The notes below the pieces were generated by a model. It had not been told where the DNA came from. It did no database searches and was given only the letters and a program-made list of their open reading frames with translations. Shown in pieces: positions 34,394-48,269 of a stretch of DNA of 64,000 bases. The DNA comes from Callorhinchus milii (Eukaryota). The stretch lies in contig NW_024704742.1 in the NCBI RefSeq assembly GCF_018977255.1, forward strand, positions 40,612,001 through 40,676,000, read 5' to 3'. Position numbers and translations under genes: made by a program. Each line of letters starts with the position of its first letter. The stretch's first letter is position 1.

Positions 34394-35154
34394 GTAAAAC
34401 TCGATTTAATTCTACATCCAATATCAGTCAGTGGCAATTAATCAGGTACAAATTACAAATGCTGCCAAATCCATTTACCAGGGGAGACCTTTATTAAAAT
34501 TGGCAGTTTACAAGGTGTAAATTGTGAACACCAGCATATAAGGACAACGTAGATCCTTTCATCAGATGTGTAATGGAAAATTAAATAATAATTGCTGCAT
34601 TTGAATTAGCGCCTTGTTACATTGCTGAGATGTCTCAAAACACTTCACTCTCTTTCCTGAGAAACAAATTCTCTTTGGATCAGATCATTTCAATCATTAA
34701 ATAGTAATAGAAATATTTCTACTGTTGGGAGATATCAGCAAGAAATGCAGCATTATATTGCCATTAATGTCTGAATACACTCACCTCTACTCAATAATGA
34801 GCAGCCAATACTGTGTATATTGTTCATTTTTTTGTTTCAAAGAAGAATTTTCTGAAACATTCAATTCTGATAGACAGCCTAACTCCTACATTTCTAAATA
34901 AATTATGTAAATTTTAAATAAATAAAGATTGTGGGACAATTGGCTGCCACATTTCATCCACAAATATACAATCAATTCACTTTACTGTGAAGTGCTTTGA
35001 GACGTCTCGAAGACGTGAAAAGCGCTAGATCAAATGCAAGGATTATTATTATTACAAATGTAAATTGTATTGTATCCCTGGGCATGGCTTGCGTCTCAAA
35101 GTTATGATGGAGGTGAAATGTCTCCAAACTCCTATGCGTCAAGGGGATCTGTTT

Positions 35155-35422
35155 TGCTGCCTCTGCCCTTCCTTCCGCCCCGTCCTCTCCTTCCCTCTCA
35201 GGCCTCCACTCATCCCTCCCTCCATGTCTTCTACCCGGACCCGACTCTTCTTTCACTTCCATCATTTCCCAAACGAAGCCCACTACCTGCTCCTTGATCT
35301 GATCCTACGCCTCTTCTGAACTCCCAGCTCCACCTCCTTGTTGCCCCACTCTCCCAGTAGCAAACATTGTCAACCCCTTTCTTCACTGGCACAGTTCCCA
35401 CTCCCTTAAAAACAGCAGTCAT
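35155..35422 (+). mobile_element. L2 ORF2 fragment
   Basis: ggcacagttcccactcccttaaaaacagcagtcat (GTVPTPLKTAVI) is homologous to the 53680-54330 copy. Confidence 0.75.
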
Positions 35423-35683
35423 TTTTAATGTAAATGGGAAAATGTTTTTCTGAACTCCACCTGTTTATGGTGATCAATTTAGGTTTTTACTTTGTTAAAA
35501 CAGATATGTTTATTTCAGAAAAAAGGGTTTATGGAATTTCACTTGGATCTTAAGATGGTGTTATGTTCATTTTCTCATGTTAAAACTGAATTTTGGGCCC
35601 CCCACTCTTTTTTACGTCTCAAAAACGGTTATTTCTTTAACATTCTTGCAGTAGAAAATCAACTGATTGTTTGGTTATTGCAG

Positions 35684-35849
35684 GAAGAAGACAAACCACT
35701 TGTGAAAGATAAAGAGGATGATGGAGAACTCTTTATAATCGATCAAACAGCACGAGATTTTCTTGTCACACAAGCTGCTGAATATGAAGGCGACCAGAGT
35801 CGTCTGGAGAAAGAACGACAGATGCTTTTTACCCCCAGCATTCTGGCAG
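35684..35849 (+). CDS. CC2D2A: CC2D2A exon EEDKPL...RLEKERQMLFTPSILA
   Basis: ttgcag| ... g|gtactc; phase 0 to 1. Confidence 0.92.
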
Positions 35850-37417
35850 GTACTCGACTCAGTTTATATATGTGTATAGAGTATAGAGAATGACAATTGA
35901 TGTGAGTTCTCTGTTCTCCACATGAATGGAGACTCCCACGTACTGTCAGGTAAAAGGTACCTTACCTTATCCTGGCAATTCCTGGCAGCATAAGAAGAAT
36001 AAAACATGAAATTCAGAAGATTACCTGAATATATTCTCTTTGTGTCACTTGGTGACAAAAGGTTAAGCGGTTAATTCATTGAATTTTTAAACTAATGAAT
36101 TTTTTAAAAAAAGCTGCTTAAACATCTCTTTAAATAGCAAACTTTATTGCCAAAGTTTTGCCCTTCCTAAAATCCTCTCCAAGAAAACAGCATAGCAGTG
36201 TGCTGAAAGTATAACAAATGTTCCAACACTTTTTGCTTCCTTGTTTATTCAAGTTTCTCCTGATTCTGATAAAATAAATCAATAAATTTCCAACTCCACA
36301 TGAAAAATTCAATTTACTTACATAACCACAGCATTATTAAATATTATTGTTTAATAATCACCTCAGCCCCAAAGGAATTGGAATAAATATTTCTTCCTAT
36401 GTGGCACACAAAGCTAAATACAATAAGCCTTCTGGTACTTTGACCAGTAACTTGAAAAGTACTTTCTTGCTTCTATATTTTATATCTCTTGCTGTGAGTT
36501 CCAGAATCCATTAGCTCTGTTAAAGACGCTGTGCATCTGTGCAATAGCTTTTAGTGATTTATGTACAATGCCTTTGTTTATTAATTTCCCCCTAGAATAT
36601 TTCCATTTAAATGCACATTTCCTACCACTATTATTACAGCCAACATGCATTACCTCACATTTAACTACATTGAATTGAATCTGCCCACACAGTCTATCTG
36701 TCAATGACAACTTGTAGAATTGTACACTGTTCTCAGTTCATTATGCTTAAAAACTTACTGGCATCTGCTAAACTTGAATATTTCCTTCTATATCCAAGCA
36801 AGATCACTGATCTATGTGGAGAACAGCTGCATACCCAGCACCCATTCCTGGAGAACTCTAATGTCCACACCCACCAGCCTGAAATTGTCCTTTCACATGA
36901 ACTTTCCGTTTGTGGGACACTGCTGTGCGCAATTGGCTGCCACTTTTTGCCCACAAAATACACAGTCCCTACACTTTATAGTATATTCTACGAAGCGCTT
37001 TGAGATGCCTGGAAGACGTGAAAAGGGACTATATCAAATGCAAGGATTATTATTACAGCCAATTACCATTTCATTAAAGTGCATCCAATGCCGTGCACCT
37101 CAACTTCATCCAGAAGTCTGTGTTGGCTTTTGTTGAACACCTTCTGAAAATCCAATTAGATAATATCTACAGCTTTGTCTTTTTCACCCTCCCCATCCTC
37201 TCCAGCACCTCAGAGACTTTGTAAAAGAATATAATTAGGTTTGTCAGATACGGCCGGCCTTTAGCATACTATGCTGATTCTCTCTGTTATACTTGTATTT
37301 ATCCAATAGCTAGGATATTTGGCTTCAGGCGCTTATTCTTTATGGACAGTGAGAGGGGGTGCGGAGGAGAGAAAGAGAGCAAATGCCCAATATAAAGGCT
37401 GTGCTCTTGACTTTCAG

Positions 37418-37554
37418 TATCTGCATCAGAGAAGATTCCTGAAAATGTGCAACTCCGATTCCTAGAAAATGAAGGCCTGTATGTTGGAGAGAGACCTCAC
37501 GTTTCAGTAACTAACCAGAACATCTTAGAGAACCGCATTCTTAAAAATGAAGAG
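37418..37554 (+). CDS. CC2D2A: CC2D2A exon ...[21 protein letters not shown]...[14 protein letters not shown]
   Basis: ctttcag| ... gag|gtatgt; conserved RFLExEGLY motif. Confidence 0.95.
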
Positions 37555-37629
37555 GTATGTAAGAGAAATGTGAGCTTTCATTTGATAATTTTTTTNCAAA
37601 CGGCTACACCACTCATGTGGAGAGATTAC

Positions 37630-38040
37630 AGCAGCTGGGATTATTCTCCTTAGAGCAGAAAATGTTAAGGGAAGATTTAATGGAGGTGTTCAAAATTATG
37701 AGAGGTTTTGATAGAGTGAATAAGGAGAAAAATGTTTCCACTGGCAGATAGGTCGGTAACAGAGTTAAGACAATTGACCAAAGAACCAGATTGGGGGATG
37801 AGGATAACCTTTTTTTACGCAGTGAATTGTTGCAATCTGCACTGCTAAATGAGTGGTAGAAGCGGATTCAATAATAGTTTTCAAAGGGGAACTGGATAAC
37901 TGGATAGGTACTTGAAAAGAAAAAAAATTGCGAGGCTATGGGGAAAGAGCAGGGGAGTGGGACTAGATGGATAACTCTTTCAACGAGCCCGCACAAGCAA
38001 TGGGCCAAATGGCCTCATTCTGTGCTGTAAGATTCTATGA
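37630..38040 (+). mobile_element. CR1 LINE 3' end
   Basis: gaggtgttcaaaattatgagaggttttgatagagtg...atgggccaaatggcctcattctgtgctg...gattctatga. Confidence 0.85.
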
Positions 38041-38287
38041 CCAGCTATTTTCAATTGGAAGCTTGAATGGTTGAGGGGAACAGAGTTTCGCTGCTCGGAT
38101 CAAGATGAATTTGTTGATTTTGAAGACTAAGGGCAGGGAATACTGAGAGGCATTTTATGAAATGCACCTTTCAAAAGAAACTCTTAATGTAACTTGATTT
38201 TATTTTCCTTTTTAAAATGTGACTTGCATTTTAGACAGCCTTTTTGCTTATCTGTCAAGTTAACTCGACTTTCTATTCCTATCCTAG

Positions 38288-38419
38288 GGCAAGAATTGGT
38301 TTGGAGCTGATGGTAGGATTTTAGCCTTGCCTAATCCTATCAAACAATCCCAAACTAGGCCTCCAGTTTACTCACGAGAGGAAGAAGTGGAACCTGCATT
38401 AGAAACCATGTATAGAAAG
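38288..38419 (+). CDS. CC2D2A: CC2D2A exon GKNWFGADGRILALPNPIK...ETMYRK
   Basis: cctag| ... aag|gtaaat; 132 nt. Confidence 0.95.
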
Positions 38420-38550
38420 GTAAATAATAAAACAATAATATTTTTCCAATCTAAATGTTGAAATGTCATGTAGGTGAATGGTATTAAATATTACCGCAGG
38501 CTTATTAATTACTGAAATTATTTTAAAACCTACTATATTACTGTATTAAT

Positions 38551-39062
38551 CAAGTCAACTTGAATACAGGTTTATTCATTATGTAAATCAAGCTTGTAAT
38601 CAAGTGCTTTCTTGTATAAATAATAAAAATAAAAAAGTAGCCAAATCCACGAGAATGGAGCGACTCCGTCCTGGAGTCCTTCCACCTCAACCCTTTCCTC
38701 CCCACTTTTGTAGCCTGACTTAAAACTTTCTCTTTGACCGTGCTTTTGATCATGTTTTCTCCTCCTCCTGCCTGAGCTCCCCCAATCCCCAGCTCAGTCT
38801 CCCAATTGGTTCTGTGAATCGCTTTGAGGCTCCTCCAAACATGAAAGACTCTATAGAAATGTCAAACTGCTGTTGTTACGTATTACCTCATGGCTGCTTG
38901 TGGGATTTAGCCAACAGAATGGCTACATTGTTTACTTACAAAAAGAGTCACTACACTCGAGTGTGATTATTTGTAAAGTGGGAGATATTTTGACATGATA
39001 AAGCACTTTAAAAATGCAAATCCGTTCTATCTAATTCTGATACAAGCAGATTGCTGTTCTAG
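38551..39062 (+). repeat. Local duplication, copy 1 (unique DNA + L2 tail + Deu tail)
   Basis: Colinear with 39763-40393 from caagtcaacttga to gattgctgttctag. Confidence 0.9.
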
Positions 39063-39762
39063 AATTTGTTCCTCTAATTCAAAGTCGAGTTCAGTCTTTC
39101 CCCCTGATCCTCTCTTAAAATGTCAATAAGTACAAGTCTTGGACAGGCATGTTATAGGACTCTACTGCAGTTCATTAATATCAAGCCATTTTTGTAGAAA
39201 TTCATTACACGATGTTGCATGCACTAAAACATGCTTGCGTGTCTATTAGATCCCCTTTTGCATTATGATTTTAAAACAAACCTGTTGTCCCAAAGTGATC
39301 TGAGATTTTCAAAGAGTGATCCCTCAGGGGTGATTTTGATTTGGTTCCAGCCCAAAATGTAACAATAACCAGAGCCTCGACTTTGGTAATGTAACTTCTC
39401 AATGGAAATTGCAGCTGGACTGTGATATCAACAGGAAGCAATAAATCTGTCAAGAAAAAACGTATTGCAGTAAATTACCACTGAAGGGTTGAATCCCCAA
39501 TCTGATCACTTATGAAATATGCACCGTTAGTATTTGTCAGCATATCTTCTGAGTGAAAACTGTACATTTCCAAAACATTCAATGTGAGCCTTTATCAGAT
39601 TGTAAAATATATACATTTTAATGACCAATATTTGATGTCTTATTTTTAGAATTTGCCTCAGGAATTAAATCCTGTCAGACAAGTTAATAATCTTCTTTAT
39701 CTGTAATAGAAGGAGTAAATGGTCCCAGATAAATATACTGGTCAATGGTTTGCTGAATTAAG

Positions 39763-40393
39763 CAAGTCAACTTGATTACAAGTTTATTCATTACCTTAAT
39801 CACACTTGTAATCAAGTGCCATTATTGTATAAAGAACTAAAAATAATTAAATGTAGGCAAATCCTCCGGAATGGTATATGCCCTACCACCCTCCATTAAG
39901 TGAACTTCTTCAGTCTGCTTCTTGCCCCTGCCTGAGATACCCTACCATCGGTGGAAGAAGTTTTCGTCATTCTGTCCCCACTCTCTGGAACTCCGTCCTG
40001 GAGTCCCTCCACCTCAATCCTTCTCTACCAACCTTTGTAGACTGACCTTTCTCTTTGACCGTGCTTTTGGTCACCTTTTTTCCTCCTTCCTGAGCTCCCC
40101 CAATCCCCAGCTCAGTCTCCCAGTTGGTTCTGTGAATCGCTTTGAGACTCCTCCAAACATGAAAGGCGCTAAGGAAATGTCAAACTGCTGTTGTTTTGTG
40201 TTACCTCATGGCTGCTTGTGGGATTTGGCCAACACAAATGGCTACATCATTTACTTACAAAAAGAGTCAATGCACTCGAGTGTGATTATTTGTAAAGTGT
40301 TTGGGAGATATTTTGACATGATAAAGAACTATAAGGATGCAAATTCATTCTATCCTTCTATCCAAATCTGATACAAGCAGATTGCTGTTCTAG
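39763..40393 (+). repeat. Local duplication, copy 2
   Basis: As copy 1, with about 115 extra bp of L2 sequence (about 39874-39988). Confidence 0.9.
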
Positions 40394-40459
40394 CCAAATG
40401 TTGAATTGGATTTGTTATCCTGAATGTACAGATTCAGTTATCGTAGAATGGAGTCAGAG

Positions 40460-41070
40460 CACAACTTCAGTGTCTTGTTTGACTCTCAAATCTCCTTTAA
40501 ATCCATATCAATATTGATCTGCTCAGCTTTCCTCCTGCTCCGCAATATTGCTCACGTCTGCCACTACCTCTTTCCTTGGGCTGCTTATCCACACAGTCAT
40601 CACAGTGGAGTCCTCTAATCACGTCTTTGAGATGCTTCGAAGCGCTTCACTGAATATACTGTAAAGTGAATTGACTGTATTTTTGGGGCGAAACTGGCAG
40701 CCAATTGCGCACAGCAGTGTCTCACAAACAGTGGTGGATTAAGTGACCAAATTATTATTAAATCTCTCCATAATCCCACCCTACCTCTGCGACCTTACAC
40801 CCTGCCAAGCCGCCCACTCACTCTGCTCACCAGGCACTTGCCTCCTTCACGTCCCCCACCCTACCCACCCCACTGTCAGGTTTTCAGTCTATTTGTCCCC
40901 ATTCTCTGGAACTTCATCCCGGATTCCCTTCATCTCGCTCCTTCCCTCAAGGTGTGTCTCAAGACCTTCCTCTTACCGCACTTTCGGTCATCTTTACCCC
41001 CGCCATCCCTCCCGAATCCAGTCCCCAGCAATGGTGCAAACCCTCGACTGTCCAGTGATTTGGGATGTTC
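40460..41070 (+). mobile_element. L2 3' remnant interrupted by a reverse SINE fragment (about 40615-40760)
   Basis: ctccgcaatattgctcac..., cccaccctacctctgcgacc, ctctggaacttc motifs. Confidence 0.7.
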
Positions 41071-41299
41071 CCTTGGCCTGAAGTTGTGGATTTCTGGATT
41101 GTCATGTCAAGCTGATGTCACTTCCTGTCCATTGCACGCATGCCTGATAATTGCAGGAAATATGGCTGATGCCACTTCCTTCATGCTGTGCTTGTTCACT
41201 ATACACAGGAAGCACCAAAAACATCATTAAGGGAGCATTTCTCGTGACTTGAAGCCAGCCTTTTTTTTGCATTTTGCTTGTAATGCTGGACACAATGGA

Positions 41300-41590
41300 T
41301 CACTTTTTTCTTCATCAGCTGGGTGTCTTGACGCATGCGGAAACCCATCACCAAGCTTAAGAGTATCCAAACCAAGCTGAGATTTCCATGCATCCCACCT
41401 ACACATGGAAATCCCAAAGATAGATTGTTGGAATGAAACATACACTCTCTCCCTGGAGGAATGCATCCTGCTTACCTAATTCCGGAAAGTATTAGGCACA
41501 GGTTGGAAAAGAGCCTAGGCTTGGGGAACCCAGAGTGTGCGTTGGAGTACTGCTGGAGTCTAACCAACTAAAACTACACAGCTTGCCATT
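41300..41590 (-). repeat. Family U copy
   Basis: gcggaaacccatcaccaagcttaagagtatccaaaccaagctgagatttccatgcatcccacc. Confidence 0.8.
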
Positions 41591-42111
41591 GATATAATAA
41601 TATCAATATCGCATATAACAAAACCCTCTGTTATATGCATGTACAATGAAGAGATTAAACCCAAGTTATAAATAATGACTGATTTTTTACCATGAGGAGA
41701 TCCAAGAGTTGTTTTCTGCTACTGCTTATCTTTCCTGAGCTAACTGCATTATTTTTCCCTTAATTTCCTTAATGTCTATATTGTACAGATTTTTTTTAGT
41801 GAGAAAGTGAGGTTGAAAGTCCAAGACTCATGGGATATTGCACCACTGGGGTGTAAAGAGTAAGAGAAAATTAAATGAATCCAGAATTTTTAGTCAGACA
41901 CAATACAATTTGCAATACAATTTAAATTCTACAGCAACTTTCATACTGGGAAGGTGTCTCAAAGGGCTTATGATGTCAGTTTAAGATTGAAAGCATTTTG
42001 ATTATAAGAGGAAGGTAACACTGAGTAAACTAAAGAGTTTGAGTCTCGAGGCCATGGGAAAGAATGATTTGGAGTTGTGCAATGTTTCTTGATACAAACA
42101 TTGTAGCCAGA

Positions 42112-42950
42112 ATTTTTTTTCTTTTTGGCCAGCTGGGTGTCTGACCCATTTGGAAGCCCAACACTATGCTTAATAGTATCCAATCCAGCCTGAGAGTTCT
42201 GTGCACTCTCCCTGGTGGGATGCATAAATAATTCCAGAGAGTATTAGGCATAGATTGGAAAGAGCCAAGGCTTGGAGATCCCAAAGTGTGCATTAGGGTA
42301 CTGCTAGAATTTAACCACCTAAAATCACATTCCTTTCTCGATCAACCGCACATCTGACACACGTGGAAACCATTGCCACGCTTAAGAAAATCCAAAAAGC
42401 AGCATTCCACACATGTGCATGCCACCTAAGCATGGAAATTTTCCATTGGAATGGAATGTGCACCCACTAATCAAAGAGACAACAACAACATGCATTTATA
42501 TGGTGCCCCTCGTGCGGGGTAGCTTCCCACAGATATACCCTACTTATCTAATTAGGCACTGGTTGGCAAGAACCAAAGTTTGGGGGACCCAAGTGTGTGC
42601 GTTGGTGTACTTGTGCAAGTTTCCTTACTCCACACAGAGCCTAATAATAATCCCTCCAAAACAAAACAATAATAAATTGGTCATTTCAATCCATGACTGT
42701 TTGTGGGACACCACTGTGCGCGATTGGCTGCCGCATTTCGCCCACAAATACACAGTCAATTCACTTTACAGTCTATTCTGTGAAGCGCTTTGAGACGTCT
42801 ATAAGATGTGAAAAGCGCTATATCAAATGCAAGGATTATTATATTTATTATACTGCTGGAGTTTACAAACTTTTGACTGCTTCTAGAACTATCCATCCCA
42901 TTAAGGGCTTCACCATGCAGGATTAACAGGAGCTGAGTGAGAAGAATCCA
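42112..42950 (-). repeat. Two family U fragments; the second is split by a + strand SINE (42610-42843)
   Basis: gtgtgcgttggtgtact|SINE|tactgctggagttta rejoins the family consensus. Confidence 0.72.
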
Positions 42951-43395
42951 TCAGAAGTATTTGCACATATGTTAAGACTAGTTTAAATAATTTCTCAAGA
43001 GCTGAGAAGGTTTGTGGGTGGGTGACTAAGTCTTTAAGATTATGAAGTGTTATTATAGGGTAAAATACTAATAGATAACTTTCGGTGCTTATCAAGTCGG
43101 TGTTGAGAGGGCATAAGGTGTAGATAATCACAAAAGCAAAGGGGAGGATGAACACACTTTTTAACACAGCAAGTGGGTGAAATGTAAAATTCATAGTTTT
43201 TGAACAGAATCCATAAATTTGTCTAAAATGGAATTGGATGCTTGATAAAAGAAAAAGGAAAATATTAAAGGGTATTTAGCAGTGGAGTAAGATTAGATTT
43301 GTTTATAAGTTAGGAAAAAAATAGTTCAGGCTTAATGGGCTGAATCTCCTACTTTTGCATATTTGTGCAACAATATTCTCTGATTCTATGAATAG
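42950..43395 (+). mobile_element. Degraded CR1 3' end
   Basis: gggcataaggtgtagataat...taatgggctgaat...tgattctatga. Confidence 0.65.
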
Positions 43396-45049
43396 TTACA
43401 AGCTGTTGGGCTGAGCAGATTATTTAAGGAATAAGTGATCTGATTTTACATCTCTTGTCGTACCACACTGTCCATGTAAAGGAATTTCAGAAGTTCTACG
43501 GGGAAAGCTACCATATAACTGAAAATAGCTATAGATCTGAAATGGAACTGCATTGGCACTTTAGTCAATCACAAGAATGGCTACAGTTTCACACGCGAGT
43601 AGTTCATTGATTCATCTAATTTACCTGGCAACATCCCAAAGGATTACTTTAATACCTCCAAATCCTTCTTAATTTCGAGGATCGTGCCTGCTTTGTTTTC
43701 CTGTTCCACATACTATTAAAAGGCTAACTGAAGGCTGGAGTTTTAACATGGGGTCTGCAATATAAAGGCATGAAAGTGCTGCTATCGCTGCATAAAGTGC
43801 TGGTCAAACCTTTTTTGGAATATTGTGTTCAATTTCAGGTACTTAACTTTAGGAAGATTATGCAGTAAAGCCCAGTTATAACTGATGGGGTCCATAAAAA
43901 CACAACCACAGCCATAAAGGGGTGTGATTGCATGCATTACAAATCGATTTTTTTTAGTAAATCCATACACCAATTGCATTATAACTATATTATTAGGCAA
44001 CATGTTATAATAAGAGTTTCACTGTATTAGTCTTTAAACGTATCCAATAATAGTCCACCAGATCAATATCTGAGATGAAGGTAATTCATTCTGATGTGGC
44101 TGGGTGAACTTAGGGGTCTATTCGCCTGCACTGAGGAGGTTAACTTAATCTGATTGAAGTTTTTAAGATAATAAGGAAACATGACAGCGACACTACACAA
44201 GAAACAAAGTCTTTCAGTTTAGAACATTTCATTTTAATGAATATTCTTCTTGGATTTTAGCTGTCTGATTATTTAGACAATCTATCATATTGTAAGTATT
44301 ATTGAAGCAACCTTTAAGAAGAATTAAAAGGGCTTTGCTTGCCAGCATGCACTACCTTTGAAGATATTTTTGGAGCATTACTAATACAAAAGATTGAAGT
44401 GTTGCAGAAATTCATAACCATATGTTTGAGCACCAAATCCAACTCTAGCGTGTGTTTGTTTAGTTCATATAAGATCAGTTTTTAATTATCAATATGATTC
44501 ACATAAATATGCCCAATTTATTTGCCTGTGACGTGCAGAGTGAATATTTCAGTACATCTGCCAGATCTTGAACCAGATAATAACTTGAATAAAGAAATTG
44601 AGTGATGTTCTAACAAGCGAACCATCCAATTTAGGCTATTCTCTGTGGCAGGTCTTTTTTTTCTTTCAAAGTGATCATGTTTCATTTCATAGTTTAGCTT
44701 TAGTGTTTTATGTAAATAGTTGAAACCCCATTTCCTCACCCTTTATGTGCACAGTTAAGAATGTTTCAAATGGCTTTATTCCACAGAAAAGCGTTTGCTA
44801 CTTTGAGAAAGTTTGTTTCTAATTATTTATTTCTAGCTAATGTTCCAGTGTGGCTGATCAGGGTGCAAACTCATAGTTATTTGAGTTTTGTGGGGTCCAC
44901 TTATGGGACCCTCAAAGATTGAATAGAGACCAGCCACCAGGGTCACCCTTATAAAGTGCATATACTTGTTACATCATCTGTTTATTCTTCTGTGGCTTTT
45001 CTGGTTCTCATTCATTGTCGGTGAATGCTGTTCATGTCTTCTGTTATAT

Positions 45050-45815
45050 ACTATCTCTATCTTGGTGTTTGGAATGTGGACATCTCTGCCATAAAACATT
45101 GTTGAGGAGGAGTCCATGAATTATTTTGAAAGAAGATGAAGAATCTTAAGAGGGTTTGAGGTGACAATGCCATCGGACACCATGCTCTTTTCGCCTCCCC
45201 TGCCACGCTCCCTGCTCAGTGTTCGTCACAGTCTTGTAAAGAGCTTTGTAAAAAATGGTACCCTATTTGTTCCTCCTTCCGCTCCACACCACAATCGGTG
45301 GCCGAGCCTACAATCATTACACTCCAACCTCTGGATGGAACTCTAATAATAATAATAATCCTTGCATTTGATATAGCGCTTTTCATGTCAGGAGGACATC
45401 CCAAAGCGCTTCACAGAACACACTGTAAAGTGAATTGACTGTATATTTCTGGGCGAACGCGGCAGCCAATTGCGCACAGCAGTGTCCCACAAACAGTCGT
45501 AGATTGAAAATGACCAATTTATTATTATTTTTGGTTTTGGAGGGATTATTATCCCTCTACCTCACCCTCCTCTCAAATCCCACCTTAAAACCTACCTCCG
45601 ACTAAACCTCCTTTCTCCCTATCCCCTTCCTCCTAGCTCAGTGTCCACTGTGAAGTGCTCTCAGACCTTATTCTACGTGAACCAACTATATAAATGAAAG
45701 TCGTTCTGTATAAATGCAAGCTATTAATAGCAGGGGAGTGGGAATATGGGGAAAAATACCAGAACAGACATGATTGCCGAAATGGCTTGCTTTATGCAAT
45801 AACATTCTATGATTC
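45050..45815 (+). mobile_element. Three-level nest: CR1 3' end > L2 3' fragment (about 45140-45720) > SINE (45344-45552, minus)
   Basis: CR1 body, and CR1 tail (gccgaaatggc...tctatgattcta), flank an L2 tail that is itself split by the SINE. Confidence 0.75.
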
Positions 45816-47228
45816 TAAACAAAAATCAGCAATTGATTACTAGCAAACTCCATGTTCGATGAACATTAAAGGAGTTTAATAATCAGCGGTCAAGTATCCT
45901 TACCCACTGAATGCTGTGATTGTATTCTGCTTAACAGGTGATCTCACTGAGTGCCACTGATAATATTCATTGCAGCAATCGCTTTCTGATCTTGACTTGA
46001 TCTCATCTACAAAGAAACCGATCCCGATCGTCAGTGTCTGATACAGTACAATAAAATTTTACGTTGATTTTAGTACTTTTCACACTGGGTGGAGATCGCC
46101 AGGTGCTTAGCAATACTGGCTTGGCACCCGAGCTGGGCAGCAACACAAACCTTTCAAGCTCGTTTTCAGCCAATGAGACACCTTTTTTGAAATTAAGTTA
46201 CCCTGCTTCTTAAGATGGATGATTAGTAAGGGGACAAGGATACATAAAATAAAGGACAGTTTAGAATTGAGATTAAGCTATTTAATGGGGCAAACGGGTA
46301 CGCATTTCAAATGTTCCATTTGTCTGAAATTGTATATTTACTTTTTTAGTCATTTATTTTGTTACAGTAAGTGTCATTCTGATTTTGCAGTAGCATTATT
46401 GCTAATAAATAGGGTTGTTTTGTCACTTTTTTTAAGATTTATCAAAGCAGACAATGGGTTGTCTCACAAACAGGCATTTCCACAGACCTATAAAAACTAT
46501 AGGGTTGACTGCCAAACCATATTAAAGGGGTTTACTTGTCCATTGCAAGAAATATAATCCTGTTAGTGCTGTCGGGTGTAGCCGGATATTGGAAGTAGTA
46601 TAGTTCTTCATAAGGAAGTTCAGAGACCCCGTGTTAATTATTGTACATGTCCTGCAATCCCATCAAGGTCTTTACGATGTCTCTCTTTATAATAAGTGTA
46701 TAATTGGAACAGCTGTGAAAATACAGATTAGGATAGTCAACCTGGTGTGTTGCCTATTCAAATGTTTCTTCTCAGGGCTTATTTTACAAGACCAAATGTG
46801 GAAAATATTATTGTCCCGCAAATGACTTTTGCTGCTGTCTAAATCTCAGGGTGATCGGATGGCAAACAGGAATAGAATTGCAACTTTGACTCCTCTCTTC
46901 CCCTCTCTTCCCCTTGTCCAGTTGTAACACTTTACCTTCATTGAGTTCAACTGCTTAGCACATAGCGAGGCTCTTCTGCTCCTGAATAATAGTGACTTGA
47001 TGTACTTTTTCCTACATCTTTTTTCTGGCAAACAATTTTATAACAAACTGGATTGTGCTGGAGTAACCTCCCCTAACCGAGCAGTTTCAAGACTACATCT
47101 GCACTTATATAAACGTTTTCTGATTTTAAAATGTTATTATAGAATCAGTGACCATTTATAAGGAAGTGAATGAACTGAGTGGTACCCACTTAAATGTCCT
47201 GGTCATTTTCTACATGTTTTCATTGCAG

Positions 47229-47438
47229 GCTGAGAAGTCCAAGTATAACAGCCGTTACATTGCTGGTTCAGGAGATCCACTGGGACAGTTTCAACTGGAC
47301 ATTGATATTTCTGGCTTGATATTCACACATCATCCCCTGTTTAGCCGTGAACATGTACTGGCAGCTAAACTGGCTCAGATGTACGACAAGTATCTGTTTC
47401 AGCAACGGAAGAACCTCAGCACTCTTTATTCTGACAAG
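47229..47438 (+). CDS. CC2D2A: CC2D2A exon ...[32 protein letters not shown]...DK
   Basis: ttgcag| ... aag|gtatga; 210 nt. Confidence 0.96.
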
Positions 47439-47877
47439 GTATGAAGAGTTGGTCACACAACTCGGGCCACGGAGACCTTTTTTTAATATATAGTGTTTGT
47501 TACAGTTTGTATCAATTGCAAAGAAGCACAAAAACACCATTGTAATGTAGTGAAATGTCCAACGTAACAAAGATGCTTAGAACAAATCTTAATTGCCCAC
47601 TTAAATACATTTGGGCACTCAGAAAATTTTATTATATCTATTACACTTGTGTATTTGATTTTGATATAGCATGGAAATTTATGGTACTAATTGTTAGTTT
47701 TGCAATGGTTTGCTTTGACTTAATAATGTTTTCTATTTCCTGTTTATCTGAACAGTGCTCAAATAGTAAAGTGTGGTATATCGTATGCCTATTTCTGACT
47801 CTCTGGTCTTTTAGCTCTGCCTAGCCCTGCATTGGTGATGAATGCCTGTGATGTTATATGATGGTTTATCGTTCCAG

Positions 47878-47978
47878 TTAAATGCCCTAAGAAATGCAGT
47901 GAACAACATTGTCGCTGGTGACACAGGCGAAGGCTCAGTGGTACGACACCGGATCCTGGACTATAAATTGGAGATCAG
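47878..47978 (+). CDS. CC2D2A: CC2D2A exon LNALRNAV...ILDYKLEI
   Basis: ttccag| ... ag|gtgagt; phase 0 to 2. Confidence 0.93.
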
Positions 47979-48269
47979 GTGAGTCGAATTCACTGCACAA
48001 ATATTTAAGGCATCTAATAGTTGGACTGTTCATTAAGGTTTTATTTCATTGTTTTAAAAATTTGAAGAGAGTACTTCCCAAATTTATATTTCTCCAAAAT
48101 ATGTGTGTTTTGTGTTTGCATGAGGAGCGGCTCTCTACAAATGTAGAATTGCACAGTAAGTTACTTTAGTAATCTTTGCATTTGATTTACAATAGCTGCA
48201 GCAACTCCAAGTGCTCATGGTCTTCTGTAAAGTGTAGTGGCTTTATTTGTAGCAATAATGGTAATAACA

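Noticed and set aside
5830..37596. Single N bases at 5830, 6343, 16213, 31932 and 37596
   Set aside because: All lie at homopolymer ends, so they reflect sequencing or assembly uncertainty, not biology.
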